Assembly (NCBI GenBank): GCA_964234715.1 | Contig: OZ174276.1 | Reading direction: 5' to 3' (one strand) | From: Podarcis melisellensis | Lineage: Eukaryota | DNA: 64,000 nucleotides | The notes under the pieces: model-generated | Databases searched by the model: none | Seen by the model: only the letters and a program-made list of their open reading frames with translations | What the model was told of the DNA's origin: nothing | Position numbers and translations under genes: made by a program | Part shown: positions 40,401 to 52,463 of the stretch, one piece after another | How the letters are laid out: every line of letters starts with the position of its first letter | Position numbering within the stretch: the first letter of the stretch is position 1

Positions 40401-41440
40401 ACCCTCAAAAAGCAGTGGCAGCTAAGCCTGGGGCCATTGCACTGCAGTTTGCTTTGCTTTGCTTTGTGCGGTTCAGGAAGCAAAGTTACTGGTGTTGAGA
40501 CCCAGGAAGCTGAAGCAGTACATTTGTGTGAATAAAACATGGCTGGCAAAGCTGTTCCCGTTGCTAATCACTTCATAAATGAAGGCTTTCCAAAGCTGTA
40601 TGATCGGGCCTGGTAAGCTTTCTGTTGGATGAATTGTCCTGTCATTTCTTTCTCATAAGAACACAGGAAGCTGCTTCTTATCATTGGGTCTATATAACTC
40701 AATATTGTTGACAGTGTTTGGCAGTGGCTCTCCAGGGTTTCCCCGACCTGGAATTACCAAGGGATTAAACCCATTGCCTTCTGTACGCTCTGCTTCTGAG
40801 CAACAGCCTTTCCTTGTCCATCTTTCACTTGGGTTTTCCTTTCTTTCCTTTTTTAAAAAAACCATTTATTAGAATTTATTTCCTTTACTTCCATGGAAAC
40901 GAACTCCAGGCTGATGGCTCTATTATTCAGTTGCAGTGAAAACCAATAAAAGAGAGGAGGAAGCAGATGTTGTTTTTGTAAATGCAGGCTCAGCAAGATA
41001 AAGATTGCTTCCAAGTAGGGCCCTCCTAGTGGCCACCATTTGCTGCTTTCCCCATTTGCTGCTGGATGTTAAAAAAAGAGAAAAGAATAGGGGGAGCAAT
41101 ACACTGTTCCCTGCTGGCAAAGGTTTTTGCTTTTACACTATTGCCAAATGAGAGATTTTGGTTAGTATTGTCTTTGAATCTGTGGGTGCATTTTAGTTTG
41201 GTATTGGTTTTTCTTTTCTTTCAGAAATTGTAAGCTGCTTTGAGACTATGTATATATAATGTAGCAATAATTAAATAGGCAGCACATTCCTTTTCTTTCT
41301 TATAATATTTTTCATATAACATGCCCTCTCTCCATGCCAGTGGAACATGATGGGATCCAGCCAGGCTCCCTCAGGTTGACCTCCTCTTCTTCCCTGCTTC
41401 TTATCCTCTGCCAAGTTCTGCTTCTTTGAAGTGCAAGTCT

Positions 41441-41592
41441 NNNNNNNNNNNNNNNNNNNNNNNNNNNNNNNNNNNNNNNNNNNNNNNNNNNNNNNNNNNN
41501 NNNNNNNNNNNNNNNNNNNNNNNNNNNNNNNNNNNNNNNNNNNNNNNNNNNNNNNNNNNNNNNNNNNNNNNNNNNNNNNNNNNNNNNNNNNN
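41441..41592. other. Assembly gap (N run)
   Basis: 152 consecutive N. Confidence 1.
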
Positions 41593-44394
41593 AAATTTTG
41601 AAATATTTAGCTACATCCCCCCCCCCCCAACATCTAATTCCACTGCTTGTTCAAGATGGAGCCTCATTCACTTGTCCTTGGATGAAATTCTACCTCCAGG
41701 TGTTGCTTGCTGTAATCCAGTCTTCCTCAACTTGGTGCCCTTCAGATACTGTTGGGCTACAACTCCCATCAGCCTCAGCCAGCACAGCCAATAGCCAGGG
41801 ATGATGGGATTTGTAGTTCAGCTGGCTGCTCCTGCTTCACAGAGTTGCCCATGTGATCTAGAGGAGAAGGAGGAGAATGCAAAGAGGTGTGGCTGCTCCT
41901 GAATTGCTGAATTGCCCAAACACCTCTGCCCTCCGTGGTTTATCTCACAGATCCCTACTCTTGCCTCCAAAAAAAGAAGAAGAAAAAAGGATCACAGAGG
42001 CCTCTCTTTAAACCCAGATCGGTGGCTTCTGCTTCCCAAACGAATGCAGCTTCTCATTCTTCCTTTCCTGGCAGACCTGCTACCTCCGTGGTGATTCAGC
42101 TTCATCTCTAAAAGAAACAGCAGGATGGCTTGGGGTTGGCAGGTGTGGCCTCCATCTGCAATCTTGGGCATGACTCATCTTGCCGAACTGGCAAAGGGTG
42201 ACAAATGTGAATGCCCCTTGTCAAGTGGCACATTCGGAGAAGGAGGTGTGTGCGCTCCCGGTGGGATCACAGCCACAGTGTGGCAGGAAGAACACTGAAT
42301 GGCGCACCGCAAACCTGCTTCCTCATGCAGGCCTCCCCCCCCCCCATCCCTGCTTCTCTGCTCTGTTTGTGTGTGGTGTGTGTGCTTCTGCAGCCTCAGC
42401 ATTTCGGAGCATCCGTGTGTCAAGGAACAAAGAGGGGAGAAAGAACATGAAAGAGTAGGGCAGGCCCAGCAGAGTGAAAGAGAGAGATTTGCAGAGCCAG
42501 AGGCAACCTTCTCTCCTAGATAGAAGAGACGACTGAGAAGCTAGAGAGGGTTTCCTTCTGAGCCACAGAGAGGGCAGCACAATGAAAGCATATTGATTGG
42601 GGATAATGAGAAGATTGAGGAAGCAGATCGTAAACTAACGGGATATTAAAAGAGACCGGGGCGAAAGCCTATTCAATAACCCCACGCCTTTTCTTGAAAG
42701 AGCATGAGCACATCATATATAGCTTGAGGGTGCAGCCGGGATCAGCAAAAATGGACAAAGGGTAAATACATGGATTTAAAGCCTCAAGTGGCTATTTTAG
42801 CAGGGGGGGGGCAAGAAAGGACACAAGCTTGTATCATTGTATAATAGATGCAATGCTTTGCTTCCCATGGTCGGGTCCCAAATTTGGGCTTAGAATCGAA
42901 ATATTTCCTCCCATTGTTTCTGATCTGTGGTGGAACTGTTAAGCATTACAGTATTTAGAGGCTGGACATATATGGCAAACTCAGAGATCACACGAATTTC
43001 TAGGATGCATACATGCAAAACCAAAGAAACAAACAAATGTTTTCCGTTTGTAAGGAAACTGTGACAAATGAAGACAATGTTCTCAAACTTTCTGCCCTGC
43101 ACAGCAGCCCCAGATGGAAAGAACTTGTTCACACACTTGTATGCGTGAACGGCTCTCCCAAATTGAGGATATTTGACTGCATCTAACAAACCTAACAGGG
43201 TACATAAGCCCCATTTCCCAGGGCTAAAGCCAAATTCTAGCTATTGAGGATTAGGGAACGAGCTATGTGTGGGTGGCAGATTATAATATTGCATTTCCCG
43301 TGCTGCTTCTGCCTCCACATCAGCTGATGCAAACATGTTATCAGATGCATCCACAAGGGGAGAGACTCTTTCAAGCCTGTTTATTCCTTTGTGGGAAGAT
43401 CTTTTCTGGGTCTCCAGTGCTCACTGGAATCCTGGTCACTTTTACCTGTTCCAGGAAACAAATATATTCAATGCTTTGGTCCTGCCACCAACAGGGTTTC
43501 CAGTATCTGGGGAAGCCTCCTTGCAAAGAAGTACAGCCAGTGCTTTTTTAAAAAATGTTTAGGGGTACTCATATTGTTTTCGGAAGTGTGCTTTTCTCCC
43601 CTAACCTTACCCCCTGTCCTAAAGGAGATTCATATTGTATGCTATTTCCCACCTCCCACTGAGCTCCGCTTGCAGTTATTAATATTTTTGAGCACCCTGA
43701 GACTGTGCAGGAAGGGTCCCACCAACACCACAGTCCCTAAAATTTGAACCGGATCCCAGAATGCAAGCGATAGTAGAAATTCCCCACTTCCCACTGGGCT
43801 AGGCTTGTGGTATTTTCCAGGGCCATGAGACTATGTAAGCACAGGAGGAGTGCCACCATTTTTTGCAGTCCGTCAGATTTGATTGCACTGCCTGAGAAAC
43901 CGAATATCCATCCTCCAAGGAGACACAAACACCTGGCACCCGTAAGTGGAGCTCGGTTTGAGGGGTGTGAAGGGAAGCGTTGCTGGGCGTTTCTAGTTGA
44001 AACATACCATCTGCCGACATGAAAGGGCATTATTAACCCTCCCTGTGCAGCCGTTCCTCGCCTGGCTGCTGATCCTTTCAAAGGAGATGATTAAACCCCC
44101 ATTCCAGTTATTAGCTAGCTATTAACAGCTACCTGACTGCAACACAGCAATAATGGGCCTGGAAGGATTCCAGGCCAACAAGGAGCCTTATTATTTCTTT
44201 GGTGTCTCAGCATCAGCAGGAGTGGTGGGCAGAAGTAACCTCTGGGGGCTAGGAGGGAAGGCTGTGCTGATTGACTGGGTGGGGAGGGGCAGTAAACAGG
44301 CAATGTCTTCCTCTGCCCCACAAATCGAACTTCAGCCTGGCCAGCGTTAGCAAAGAAGGGTTGCGGCCATATCTGCCCCTTGAAAAGCTTTGAA

Positions 44395-44396
<2 letters not shown>

Positions 44397-44450
<54 letters not shown>
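44397..44450. repeat. (AG)n microsatellite
   Basis: About 27 AG units. It explains the ERER and SLSL ORFs. Confidence 0.97.
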
Positions 44451-44454
<4 letters not shown>

Positions 44455-44489
44455 ACAGTCACTCCTGCACCACCCACCCATCAACATCG

Positions 44490-45010
44490 TAATTTATTAC
44501 TTATACCCCGCCCATCTGACTAGGTTGCCACAGCCACTCTGGGCAGCATCCAACATATTAAAAACACAGCAAAACATCAAATCTTAAAAACTTCCTGCTA
44601 CAGGGCTGCCTTCAGATGTCTTCTAAAAGCCATGTTGTTGTTTATCTCTTCAACATCGGATGGGAAGGCGCCACTACTGAGAAGGCCCTCTGCCTGGTTC
44701 CCTGTAACCTCACTTCTCCTGGTGAGAGAACTGCCAGAAGGCCGTTGGAGCTGGACCTCTGTGTCTGGGCTGAATAATGGCAGTGGAGACACTCCTTCAG
44801 GTATACAGGACTGAGGCCGTTTAGGGCTTCAAAGGTCAGCACCAACACTTTGAATTGTGCTTGGAAATGTACTGGGAGCCAATGTAGGTCTTTCAGGACT
44901 GGTGTTATATGGTCCTGGCAGCCACTCCCCATCACCAATCTAGCTGCCGCATTCTGGATTAGTTGTAGTTTCTGAGTCACCTTCAAAGGTAGCCCCATGT
45001 AGAGTGCAGT
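44490..45010 (-). mobile_element. L2 LINE 3' fragment
   Basis: ORF 44642-45025 reads LYMGLPLK..KLQLIQNAAARLV..HITPVLKDLHWLPV..QFKVLVLTF.ALNGL.P.YL, the classic L2 ORF2 C-terminus. The 3' tail is cagatgggcggggtataagtaataaat on the - strand. Confidence 0.92.
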
Positions 45011-45790
45011 TTCCCACTTGCCCACCTACCTTTGACTACATTCTGGCCAGAAAACCCAAGCTGGCATGATGTGCAGGATTTATTTATTTGAACTGACTAA
45101 TGCATTTTGCTTTCCTCTTAGCAGAATATTTGTGTGGGGGCAGGTTGTTTTTAATGGAGCAGGAAGCAAAAGAGTTAGTGGGATATCCATTATGGGGTTT
45201 TAATTGTATCCTGCCCTGGGACCTTAGAGTGATGGGGCACATATAATAATAATAATTCCCAGAAGCCCGTTCCATGGCTTCTGCTCCATCTTGCTTGAAG
45301 TCAACCCTGCCCCCATTTCTGTGAAGATGCACAGAGACCCACCCCCTGGAACCTGGATGAAACAGGTGCAACTCTACAATCTGTATAGGAGGGAGAAGGG
45401 GAAGCAGCTTGGAGTGAGGCCTTGTTGAGCCTGATTTTGTTTTAGAGAGATCCTGCCCTGGTGAATATATGTGGATCCTGGAAATTCCTGTGGGCCTGAC
45501 TCACCCTTTCCCATAGGTGCCTCTCCTTCTCCCACCCTCCCACACACTGGCTTAGTTTCTGCTCTACTTGCCCCACCCTCAGGGACTGTCACTTTGGAGA
45601 CAGTCACACTCAGCGAGGCAGGGAGTGGGTAGGAATGCCCTGACGGGCTTCCAGGCAAGGGTGCATTGTGGGATTGGTGCTGCTCACGCATGCCACTTTT
45701 TTTTTCAGTGTCCTCATGACATTTGTTGGCCAGTCCTTATCCCCCACCCCAATTTAATCCAAATTCACCCTTTGCACTGAAAATCCAATA

Positions 45791-46031
45791 CAGTGGTACC
45801 TTGGTTCTCAAGTGTAATCCATTCTGGAAGTCTGTCTGACTTCCAAAAAGTTCAAAAACCGAGGCCCAGCTTCCAATTGGTGCAGGCACCCCGGAAACAA
45901 TAGCTGACAGCTGCATCGGACGTTCGGCTTCCAAAAAACATTCTAAAACCGGAACACTTACTTCCGGGTTTTCGGTGTTCGGGAGCTGAAATGTTTGAGT
46001 ACCAAGGCGTTCGAGACCCAAGGTACCACTG
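45791..46031. mobile_element. Tc1/mariner-pogo type MITE, family A
   Basis: TIRs cagtggtaccttgg...ccaaggtaccactg, flanked by TA on both sides. Confidence 0.9.
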
Positions 46032-46404
46032 TAAATATATTTTAACAATGCTACCAGTGACCTGTTTGTGATATTAAGCCTCTGTCTGGGAGAATCCAAA
46101 GGGAACATTGGTGAAGTGTGACTAGAGGCAATGGTCAAGCAGGCCTTATAAGGTGAGGCATACTTTATGGACAGTACTAGGGCAAAAACAGGCAGCCACA
46201 TGCATGGAGTGAAAAGCTGCAGTCTCCTTCTAGCTCACCAAGCTAGTCAGTCAAGTTGATCTGGCTGCTTTCAATATTATGAATGGGGATACTCACCACC
46301 CAACTCCTCTAAAAGGACAACGGCTGTCAGGTGATAAATGAAGGTGTGTGCAATATTTTAATAAAGTAGCAGGTTGCCTTTTTGAATTCATATCCCATCA
46401 AGCC

Positions 46405-46565
46405 ATTAGACCATAGTGGTTAGGATGTTGGACTAGGACCTGGGAGACCAGAGTTCAAATCCCCACTCAGCCATGAAGCTCACTGGGTGACTTTGATGTA
46501 GCCTACCTCACAGGATAAAATGGGGAAGGGAATAAGTACTACCTTGAGCTCCTTGGAGGAATGGT
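46405..46565 (+). mobile_element. tRNA-derived squamate SINE (Squam/MIR-like)
   Basis: A-box-like tagtggttagg and B-box gagttcaaatcc, then ctcagccatgaagctcactgggtgac and a core-like tagcctacctcacagg. Confidence 0.8.
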
Positions 46566-46580
46566 GGAGAATTAGAGATC

Positions 46581-46583
<3 letters not shown>

Positions 46584-46634
<51 letters not shown>
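46584..46634. repeat. (GACA)n microsatellite
   Basis: About 12 units. Confidence 0.95.
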
Positions 46635-46647
46635 TGATAGATAGTTA

Positions 46648-46864
46648 CAGTGGTACCTCTGGTTACGTACTTAATTCGTTCCGAGGTCCGTTCTTAGCCT
46701 GAAACTGTTCTTAACCTGAAGCGCCACTTCAGCTAATGGGGCCTCCTGCGCACCGCCGGAGCACGATTTCTATTCTCATCCTGAAGCAAAGTTCTTAACC
46801 CAAGGTATTATTTCTGGGTAAGCGGAGTCTGTACCTGAAGCGTCTGTAACCCGAGGTACCACTG
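46648..46864. mobile_element. Tc1/mariner-pogo type MITE, family B
   Basis: TIRs cagtggtacctc...gaggtaccactg with a TA TSD. The interior is largely different from family A. Confidence 0.9.
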
Positions 46865-48718
46865 TATAATGGAACACAGTTGTGCTTGTTCCCAAAACCA
46901 ATTCCCAAGACAGTTCTTCTCTCAAAACGTTGGTCATCAGTGTGAAGCTCCCCATAATGACGCATCTGGATAGGTTGCATACTTACAGAACTGTGTGCTT
47001 TACAAAGATCTTTCAGAACTTGTCACAGTATGGCTTGAGAACAAGTTTCAACAAAGTGTTTTGAAGGCAATGAAACATTTCTCTCTCCTTCCCACCATAC
47101 ACCTTTCCTCGTGCTCTAGGGTGAGGGTAGTCAACTTGATGCCCTCCAGATGTTGTTGGATTCCATCAGACCCAGACAGCATGACCAATGGTCAGGGATA
47201 ATAGAAGCTGTGGTCCAACAATATCTGGAGGGCACCATGTTGAGTCCCCTCTGAGGGCAGTAGTAGGAAACATAGGGCTGTCCAGACATTGCTGGCCTAC
47301 ACTCCCATTGTCCTTGACCATTGACCATGTTGTCGGGGTCTAATGGAGTCAAGCAAGATCCTACATGCCACCGGTTCACCATCAGTGCTCCCAAGCAAAT
47401 AGCTAAGCAGCTTATGGAGAGTTCTCTGGGCTATATTCATCAGTCGCTAGAAATGCTGAGCCCTTTTCTTGTCTTTAGAACACAAGAAAAACCCTGCTTG
47501 ATCCTGGTTCTTCTCCCCAATAAGAGGAATGTTTGAACAGAGAAAGAAGACATGACCTTCATTTCATCAAAACTGAAGTGACAGGAAATGCTGTAAGGCT
47601 GTTGGAGTCACAGATAGGAATGTAGGCCTGTTTCAATGGCTCTTCAGTGGATCGTTGGAAAAAGGCCATATGATTATGGTATGAAGCAACATCACAAGTG
47701 GCCTGAAGATTGGTACGGGAAGTATAAGGAGTCAAAACATGGCCACAGGCAACCTGTAGTTTGCTGTACCTTAACCTTTTGAGCCAGTTCCTCTTCGTAC
47801 ACAGTTCTGGGATGAATCTCACGGGGGACTGCTAAGGGGCAAAGGACTCTTATCACAGCTCTATGTCACTGATGACTGAGAGGAGATTATCGTGCTCATT
47901 GTGAGGCCTACAAATTGATGGGAGATTTCTGGAGAAGCCACAGGCCCCTCCCAATAACAACCAATCCAGATAGAAACATTCAGGCTCTAATGGGGCACTG
48001 GAGGGAGATGTTTCCTCAACCCCACAGTTTCTTTTGGACTTCGTGCTGGGAACGTTGTGTCTGCACAATGTCACCCCTAATCAAAATGCTATCCCATCTC
48101 ATTTCCCACCCCACTTAATCCAGATTTACCATTTCCATGGGAAACAGCAAATCCAGATTAAATGGAGGGGAAATGTGGGAAGGCACTTTGATGAGATGGA
48201 CACTGTGTCGACGTTGCACAAAACAGGCGGACGTCAGCAGCAGAAAACCTGCAAGAAAACTGCTGTGTGGGTGTGCCCGAGGCCAGCACAAAATGCTTGG
48301 GATCCAGTTGGAATCTGAAACAAATCAAGGAGCTTGGCAGTCTGTTTGAAATGAAGTGGGAGGGAGGCAGAATGAAACAGAGATGGTTGGAACTGAAGGA
48401 CTTAGGAAATGAAGCTTTGTTTGCATTTTGGAAGCTGCTTTTTTCCCGCCCTGCCTTGCTGATGCTTAATTTTCAGCCAGCCCTGAAGCATTTTTCTTTA
48501 ACATTTCTTGAAGCATTTTCTTTAACAAAAGGATGTGTGTGTATTTAGGGTGGTGTGTCTGAGAACAAACCAGCACTATAATTTGTGGGCCTACCTGTCA
48601 CTGGAATAATGCTTGACCTCGCCCCAGCGGTCCTGAAGTCTAGCTCTGCTCATCAGACCTATTTCTTTCGTGTCCTGTGCCTCTTTCAATTAAATAATTT
48701 GGGAGGAGCTTTTATATT

Positions 48719-48957
48719 AAAGGTAAAGGGTAAGAGGACTCTGACCATTTGGTCCAGTCGTGACTGACTCGGGTTGCGGTGCTCATCTTGCTTTATTGGC
48801 TGAGGGAGCCGACGTTTGTCCGCAGACAACTTCTGGGTCATGTGGGTCATGTGAACCAGAGCAACGCACGGAAACGCTGTTTACCTTCCTGCTGGAGTGG
48901 TACCTATTTATCTACTTGCACTTCGATGTGCTTTCGAACTGCTAGGTTGGCAGGAGT
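48719..48957 (-). mobile_element. Sauria SINE, 5'-truncated, with an 11-bp TSD
   Basis: ACCTTT-type tail (aaaggtaaagg on +) and body tgtttaccttcc...gtacctatttatctacttgcac...tgctttcgaactgctaggttggcagg. The TSD gcttttatatt is at 48708-48718 and 48958-48968. Confidence 0.9.
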
Positions 48958-51900
48958 GCTTTTATATTGCCTGAGATTAAATAGGTGTGTGTGTGTGTGT
49001 GCGCGCATAAGATGTGGACTGGCATTTTGTTGATGATGATGTCACATGTGGACACTGCCAAGCCCCTGCATGCGCATGGAGCAGTTATCATACAATAAAT
49101 CCCACACCTGGAAGTACCCGTAGATTGACAGAAAAAAATATTTCATTGAGAAAAGGACTAACAGGTGCTCCCTTAAGCATAGGGTGGCTCCACCAATGGG
49201 AAGAGTGGAGGAGCTCTACAATGGCACATTCCAAAAAGACTTGCCTACAAGATGGGATATGTGCCATGGCTTTGCTCGTTGGTCTTAAGTTGTGAATGAG
49301 TATATAAGGGGAAACATGTGAGGGATATTTTGCTCTGCCCACTCTGTCACATCTGTGTCACTCAGCCCTGCTGCCAGCCTTCATCTATTGGAGGAGAAAG
49401 TCTGTAGTGGGGAGTGTTGCTGTGCAATTCAGGACCAGGCACAATCAGATTTCTAATCCATGTGGTGGTGGTGGGGGGAGCACAAGCAGATAGCACACTC
49501 TCTGCTGCAGACCTTCTCTCCTCACCATGTGGAAGGAGGTAGAACCAGGTGACTGGGGGTGGGGCCAGATACAATAGTAATCAGGCCCCCGGTTTCCTCT
49601 GAAGGCATGGGCTCTTTAATGCCTGAATTAACTGTCAGGTAAATGACCGTCAGAGAAAATGAATCAATTGCAGGGGTTTTGTATACAAGATCTTTTCCCC
49701 CTTGTTGAAGGAAGTCTGAGATAATTCTTCATGTGCATACAGTATACAGGCCACAGCATTCGGCAGCTCATGAAATAAATGACATCAACCCAAAGTATAC
49801 CATGAACACCCAGCTGGCAACTAGTTTGGGTGAAAACAGCTTTATTTATTAATATAGCATATTTGTAAACGTGGCACTTTACAAATAACAGGTATGACAG
49901 GGGCCTGCAAAATTGAAATAGATACCATGCTAATTTTATAGGAAATGAGTTGCCAGAACCCACCATGAACGCCTCCTTTGTTCTCTTGTCATGGCAATGG
50001 CACCTACTTGAGAGGTGCCAGAACTGAGTTCTGGCAAGTTCTGGCTGAAAAGAACTCCGAATACATATATAATAAATACAATAAATAAATATGTACCTAG
50101 CATTTTTGACACCACAGGATTCGTTTGATAATTTTGCTGCCTCAGACTAACTTGGCTCCTCCTCTGTCCTTCTGGCCGAACAGTGAAATGGCAAAGGAAG
50201 CTATAAAGTCTGCCTCTTGCTCTATTTATGAACACTCTGATATTATATATACAAAGCTTCTGTAATTTGCTTAATCTAAATCCCTGCGGAGCTTGGCAGC
50301 GGAGGAATATATAAGTCCATGGAAACAGTTGGTATTAAATCTCATCTCTGGTATAATCTGTGGCTCTGGGGGCTTTGGTGATGTGCCCAGATGTTGCTTC
50401 GGGTTGACAGGGTTCATATCCTAGCCTAGCCCCATTCAACCAGCCCTGGGAGTCCTGTTCAGGGAACACGCCTGGAGCATTCTGGTTCCTAAAGGAGGGG
50501 AAAGAATTGTCTGTTCTTTTCTGCACAGTGGAGGATTTGCAGCTCCAATGAACTGGGGCTACACTGGGTCTAAAGAGAGACTATGCATTCATGAGCTGGG
50601 GAAATGCTGGAAACTAACTGGAGGGTTGGGAGGCAGGCAGGAGGACATGGGGTGGGGCCAACCAGAACTCGCTCTCCCAGGCTTGCCTAGCTTTGTTCTT
50701 TTCACCTGCGGTGCATTGCATTCATTCGCCAGCCCTGCAGACACCTCACCTGGGTGTGTCCCACTTGCGCTGTACAAAGTTGAGTCAGCAGCTGCCACTG
50801 GAACGCTGATAGCCATTAACCCCCAGGATGCTGGCTTTTTGTTAGGGTTCTAGTCAAACACGTGGCCTTGGCTTTGCAACTCCCCCAAAAAACAACTCTC
50901 TGTTGGATGGGAATGTTCCTGGTCAGCCTCAGAAGGCTTCTAAGTAACACACAAGAGTGGCAGACCTGTGCCTTCAAATGTGAGCCTGATCTAGTCACAT
51001 GGGAACCCAGGACATGAGAAGCTGCCTTATACTGAGCCAGATCACTGGTCTACCGAGCTCAGAGTGTTAGATGTTAGAGATTGAACTTGGGACCTTTTGG
51101 ATGTCAAGCAGGGACTTTGCCGAACAGATCTATGGCCCTCAATGTGAGCCTGTTCCAGCCACGTTCAAAGCAGAGTGGAGGGTTGATGTGATTTATGGGA
51201 GTTGTAGCCCCCAAAATCTGGAGGACTCCAGGTTGGGGAAGGCTGGTTGGCTAGATACATACATAGAGAGATTTATATATGGCCACGAAGGACTGTGTCC
51301 CACGGCTCTCTTGCCCTTCCCAAATTGGACGTAACCTGGCAAGGGCATTTCTGCTCAGGTGACCTGGGGAACCAGCCCTGCTGGTAATGCCAATGTCTCA
51401 GCGTTTCCTGGGAATGAGTCACAAGGAGCCGATCCTTAAAGCCCCGCCCCTGGTGGTTTTCCATGATCAAGTGAAAGGTCCAGGCATAATGCCTTTAATA
51501 GGATCAAACTGAAAATCACAAAGGAGTACACAAGTTTTCAAGCTTGACATGATTTTTGTGCTGCCTACAATGGTTAATGTTACAATAAGCCTCCAATTAA
51601 CCTCAGTGAGTAAACCTGTGTCTGGCCTGTACCACGTAGCAAGAGAGGAAGTTGCCTTAGAGTGCCTCACCCAGGTTTCAGGTAGGGAATTCCCCCCCCC
51701 CCAGCCCTACTTGGAGTTGTCATGGATTGAACCTTCTGCCTGCAAGGCAGCCTATGGTTGGGACTCACATGTAGAAATATTCATCCATATGAAAAAATAA
51801 ATGCTGCCGGAGTGAAAGGAATATTCCTGTAACACATACACTCGAGGGCTCAGGTATACTATACTTCTGAATACTATGGAAGCCGGAGGTGGGAGCACAC

Positions 51901-52402
51901 GGAAGCTACAAACAACTGAAGAAACAGGATTTGCAAAGTGTCACGGTGTGTTTGAGCAACAGACAGTTAAGTGCAGGGGTGGGGTTAATGTTGCTCTCTG
52001 TCAGAACTTCCGTCACAAATCACACATAATAGGTGCCTGCGACACTTCCTGGGTACACCAATGCAATCCACTCCAGACTTGCAAAACTGTACATCGGGGA
52101 GACGCGTCACACAAAACCTTGTAATCTGACGCCTCACATCATGCATTCTCTCTCTCACAAACTGGCCAAAACGTATATGGTCTGTGAACTGTGCATGGCA
52201 AAGGAACACACAAGAAGCAACCTCCCCGCATGAGAGTGCCTCTAGAGATCTGCTGCCCTTTCAGAGCCAGCCTGCATTGCTCTTGTCCCAAGCACCGGAA
52301 TCTGCCCACGTTTTGGTTCAGGGCAGGCCAGCAACGTCACCTGGTGTTCATGCAATGCCTCTGCAGAGGACGAAATAGCTAGATACCCCTCTCATCATTC
52401 AT

Positions 52403-52463
52403 GTGGCCGGGGAAACTCAGCCAGATGGGCGAGGTATAAATGATAAATTATTATTAAATTATT
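52403..52463 (+). mobile_element. L2 extreme 3' tail
   Basis: gtggccggggaaactcagccagatgggcgaggtataaatgataaattattatt, the same tail as the L2 at 44490. Confidence 0.75.

Noticed and set aside
46405-46470. tRNA-like A/B boxes
   Set aside because: These are SINE heads, not tRNA genes: there is no cloverleaf and SINE body sequence follows.
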